32,000 nt of DNA, from positions 2,550,001-2,582,000 of the forward strand of contig NC_022349.1 in NCBI RefSeq assembly GCF_000354175.2, given 5' to 3'. The stretch comes from Vibrio alginolyticus NBRC 15630 = ATCC 17749. GTDB lineage: Bacteria > Pseudomonadota > Gammaproteobacteria > Enterobacterales > Vibrionaceae. Below are positions 29,380 to 32,000 of this stretch, in pieces. The first letter of the stretch is position 1. Each line of letters starts with the position of its first letter. The position numbers were made by a program, and so were the translations under genes. The notes beneath the pieces were generated by a model that was given only the letters and a program-made list of their open reading frames with translations, was not told where the DNA came from and did no database searches.

Positions 29380-30488
29380 TGAACGTTAATTTTTTAGAGC
29401 TAAAGCGCTTAAATGCCGAGTACGAAGACGAATTGAAACAAGCCTGTGCACGCGTGATTGAATCTGGCTGGTATATCCTTGGCAAGGAAACGGAACAGTT
29501 TGAACAAGCATTTGCTGACTACTGTGGTGTTAAACACTGTATAGGCGTTGCGAATGGCTTAGATGCTTTAACACTGACGTTAAAGGCTTGGCGAGAGCTA
29601 GGAAAAATCAACAAAGGTGATGAAGTTATCGTACCGGGTAATACCTATATCGCATCGGTATTGGCGGTCACCGAAGCGGACTTGGTTCCGGTGTTTGTGG
29701 AGCCGGATGAGCAGACGCACAATATCAGTCCTGAAGCGATTGAAGCGGCGATTACAGAAAAGACGAAAGTCATTTTGCCGGTGCACCTGTACGGCCAGTT
29801 GGCCGATATGCCAGCGATTATGGCGTTGGCAACAAAACACAATCTTCTCGTGTTGGAAGACAGCGCCCAGTCTCATGGTGCGACACTTGATGGTAAGAAG
29901 TCTGGAGCATGGGGTGACGCCTCAGGCTTTAGCTTCTATCCGGGTAAAAACCTAGGTGCATTGGGTGATGGTGGCGCTATTACGACCAACGATGAAGAGC
30001 TTGCCGAAACCTTGCGTGCCCTTCGAAACTACGGTTCACATGTTAAATACCAGAATCTTTATCAAGGATTGAACAGTCGTTTGGATGAAATTCAGTCGGC
30101 GATGTTGTCAGTGAAACTGAACTACCTTCCAGCGCAGACGAAAGCGCGTCAGGAGCTGGCGGCATTTTACTTACGCGAAATCAACAACCCGAATATTATC
30201 TTGCCGGAAGTGACAGAGCCTGAGGCACATGTATGGCATTTGTTTGTGGTGCGAACTTCACACCGAGATGCATTGGTTAAGCATTTATCAGAGCATGGTA
30301 TTCAAACACAAGTACATTACCCGATAGCGCCGCATAAACAGCAGGCTTATAAAGAGTTTGGTCATCTGTCATTAGCGTTGACTGAGCAGTTACAAAATGA
30401 GGTGCTGTCATTGCCAATGTCGTCCTACTTGAGTGAAGACGAGAGTCAAGAAGTAGTCGATGCAATCAACTCTTTTAAGGTTGAGTAA
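29379..30488 (+). CDS. PLP-dependent sugar aminotransferase (DegT/DnrJ/EryC1 family; FdtB/QdtB-like)
   Basis: 369 aa. The Schiff-base lysine lies in the motif [30 protein letters not shown] and DSAQSHGA are also present. Confidence 0.9.
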   Translation: MNVNFLELKRLNAEYEDELKQACARVIESGWYILGKETEQFEQAFADYCGVKHCIGVANGLDALTLTLKAWRELGKINKGDEVIVPGNTYIASVLAVTEADLVPVFVEPDEQTHNISPEAIEAAITEKTKVILPVHLYGQLADMPAIMALATKHNLLVLEDSAQSHGATLDGKKSGAWGDASGFSFYPGKNLGALGDGGAITTNDEELAETLRALRNYGSHVKYQNLYQGLNSRLDEIQSAMLSVKLNYLPAQTKARQELAAFYLREINNPNIILPEVTEPEAHVWHLFVVRTSHRDALVKHLSEHGIQTQVHYPIAPHKQQAYKEFGHLSLALTEQLQNEVLSLPMSSYLSEDESQEVVDAINSFKVE

Positions 30489-31420
30489 TGACACAAGAGC
30501 ATGTGCAAGTATTAGAAGACGTGGTTTATGTCTTCTTTTGTTATAAACAATCTCGTTATCTTGAGAAAACATTGCCAGCGGCATTGAACCAGACCGTGTG
30601 GCCAAGCCAATTATTGATCTTGGATGACTGTTCACCTGATGATAGTCATAAAATAATTCTATCGCTTTTAGAGTTTGCGCCTAAAGGATTAAATATTGAA
30701 TATCGCCACAATAAGCAAAATGTTGGTTTAGTTAGCCAAATCAACTCCTTGCGGGGGCAATACCAAAATAAGCTTATTATTGTACAAGCTGGCGATGATA
30801 TAGCGATGCCGAGCCGAGTTGAGGAAACTTATGAAGCCTGGTTGAAAAATGGCAAACCAAGCTTAATTATTGGTGGTTACGACAAAATTTCTGAGCAAGG
30901 CGATGTTATTGAGTCATTCGAATCGATTAAGCAAAATAAAAAGCCGTACACACTCGAAAATATTATTAATAGAAAGTGTGCAGTAGATGGTTGTTGCGCC
31001 GCTTTTACCTCTGATGTACTGAACGAGTTTGCTCCTTACAACAAAGACATCATCAATGAAGATCGCATCAATGTCCTTCGAGCCTTTTTGTTAAATGGTA
31101 TTCATCATGAAAACAAAAAATGGATCCAATATCGATTGGGTGGCATATCAACGTTCGCAAAAGAAACACGTGAAGAAAGGTATGACAACACAGTAATTAA
31201 TGCTCAGCGTGAACTGCAAGATCTTAAAATGAACTTGCGAGATGCAGAGAGTAAAAACGCCACTAAAGTTGTGAGTGCGATTAAAAAGCGTATGTGTACC
31301 GCTGAGTTTATGGCATCACTTTCACAATCAAAGTCTGCTTTGTACAGCGAAGCGATTTGTTATTTTGTTAAAACGCTGGATTATCGAACGGTTTTAAAAG
31401 TTTTGCGTAGGTTAAGATGA
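30488..31420 (+). CDS. Glycosyltransferase family 2
   Basis: 310 aa. Motifs include YVFFCYKQSRYLEKTLPAALNQT, LLILDDCSPDDS and the DXD-like QAGDDI. The gene is AT-rich. Its start overlaps the upstream stop (TAATG). Confidence 0.8.
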   Translation: MTQEHVQVLEDVVYVFFCYKQSRYLEKTLPAALNQTVWPSQLLILDDCSPDDSHKIILSLLEFAPKGLNIEYRHNKQNVGLVSQINSLRGQYQNKLIIVQAGDDIAMPSRVEETYEAWLKNGKPSLIIGGYDKISEQGDVIESFESIKQNKKPYTLENIINRKCAVDGCCAAFTSDVLNEFAPYNKDIINEDRINVLRAFLLNGIHHENKKWIQYRLGGISTFAKETREERYDNTVINAQRELQDLKMNLRDAESKNATKVVSAIKKRMCTAEFMASLSQSKSALYSEAICYFVKTLDYRTVLKVLRRLR

Positions 31421-32000
31421 ATAAAATTAAAAATATAAAGCAATCGATAAGTATGAAGAGGCATTTTTCTTCAACTTTCCGTTCATTCAAAAAGCGAAGC
31501 GATAAAAGCACTGATTCACCTAAAGACTTTTATCGTACACATGAGAAATGTACGGTTTTAGGTAATGGACCATCCTTAAAGTCAGATATTAATAGTATTG
31601 GTACAGATAGTGATGTGATTGCTGTTAATCATTTCTCAGAGTCTGAGCATTTTACGGCGTTGAAACCTAATAAATATATTTTAATTGATAGCTATTTCTG
31701 GGATGAAACCACCCATAGCTCTCTGGTGGAAAAAAGAGATAAATTGTTTAAAGATCTAAATGAACTTGTGTCTTGGGAAATGCAATTGATTATTCCTGAC
31801 TTTGCTGACAGAGAGTTCATTCAAGGCAATATCAAAAACAGCAACATAGCGATAAAAGTGCTGCGAGCAATTCCTAGTAATGTAACTAATATTAAATATG
31901 GCCCAATGGCACTATCTTCTGGTATCGTCGCACCTCCAGCTGTCAATGTGCTTATCTTTGCTGTGTATGTAGCAATTCTATGTGAATATGATTCAGTGGA
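31417..32000 (+). CDS. Partial ORF with an N-terminal GNGPSL motif (GT42 sialyltransferase-like / DUF115-like transferase); continues past the window end
   Basis: Not in the ORF track because it runs off the window. Hand translation from the ATG at 31417 (ATGA overlap with the upstream stop): MNKIKNIKQSISMKRHFSSTFRSFKKRSDKSTDSPKDFYRTHEKCTVLGNGPSLKSDINSIGTDSDVIAVNHFSESEHFTALKPNKYILIDSYFWDETTHSSLVEKRDKLFKDLNELVSWEMQLIIPDFADREFIQGNIKNSNIAIKVLRAIPSNVTNIKYGPMALSSGIVAPPAVNVLIFAVYVAILCEYDSV. It is open through 32000. An alternative start is the ATG at 31453. Confidence 0.6.
   Translation, partial: MNKIKNIKQSISMKRHFSSTFRSFKKRSDKSTDSPKDFYRTHEKCTVLGNGPSLKSDINSIGTDSDVIAVNHFSESEHFTALKPNKYILIDSYFWDETTHSSLVEKRDKLFKDLNELVSWEMQLIIPDFADREFIQGNIKNSNIAIKVLRAIPSNVTNIKYGPMALSSGIVAPPAVNVLIFAVYVAILCEYDSV

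Noticed and set aside
29598-29955. 112-aa (+, alternative frame) and 92-aa/65-aa (-) ORFs within the aminotransferase gene
   Set aside because: Their Arg/Cys/Trp-rich composition, full overlap with a well-supported DegT-family CDS and lack of an RBS all argue against them.
1-32000. Scan for tRNA/rRNA genes, CRISPR arrays, IS elements, integrases, toxin-antitoxin pairs and known defence-system genes
   Set aside because: I recognised none. No array of regularly spaced repeats, no transposase- or integrase-like ORF and no terminal inverted repeats bracketing a segment were seen. This was a by-eye scan only, so a profile search (Rfam, ISfinder, DefenseFinder/PADLOC) would be the decisive check.

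Overview
This window looks like a Vibrionaceae chromosome-1 segment. It appears Vibrio parahaemolyticus/Harveyi-clade-like, judged only from my recollection of the protein sequences; a database search is needed to confirm. Layout: (i) 1-3274, minus strand: a TonB-dependent outer-membrane receptor, followed 65 nt later by the 5' part of a DUF3450/TtpB-like gene, the kind that normally opens a TonB-ExbB-ExbD cluster. (ii) 3275-4093: an unusually long (~0.8 kb) AT-rich divergent control region. (iii) 4.1-9.8 kb: a five-gene Yej/Opp-family ABC importer with two permeases, a family-5 binding protein and two separate ATPases. (iv) 9.9-21.5 kb: a housekeeping block syntenic with the E. coli yicC-rph-pyrE-slmA-dfp-radC-rpmBG-mutM-coaD region. 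It carries lineage-specific additions: psiE, a lipid A late acyltransferase 6 nt downstream of slmA, an sCache chemoreceptor and a 160-aa membrane-anchored hypothetical. dut is absent. (v) 21.5-26.4 kb: LPS core genes (GT90, two GT2, a GT9 heptosyltransferase-family gene, dgkA, kdkA). (vi) 26.5-32.0 kb: the start of a variable polysaccharide (O-antigen/outer-core) operon, rmlB-rmlA-3,4-ketoisomerase-GNAT-aminotransferase-GT2-partial GNGPSL-motif transferase. Every junction in it has zero or negative spacing, and its GC content is lower and mosaic. I saw no rRNA, tRNA, CRISPR array, transposase/integrase, phage gene or recognisable defence gene. I found no clear-cut novel system. The best candidates for follow-up are the orphan receptor/TonB module placed back-to-back with the ABC importer across the long control region, the 3-amino-sugar cassette that uses a GNAT instead of the usual left-handed-beta-helix acyltransferase, and the partial sialyltransferase-like ORF at the window end. 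Several ORF-track starts were moved to internal ATGs that fit ribosome-binding sites and the N-termini of known homologues.
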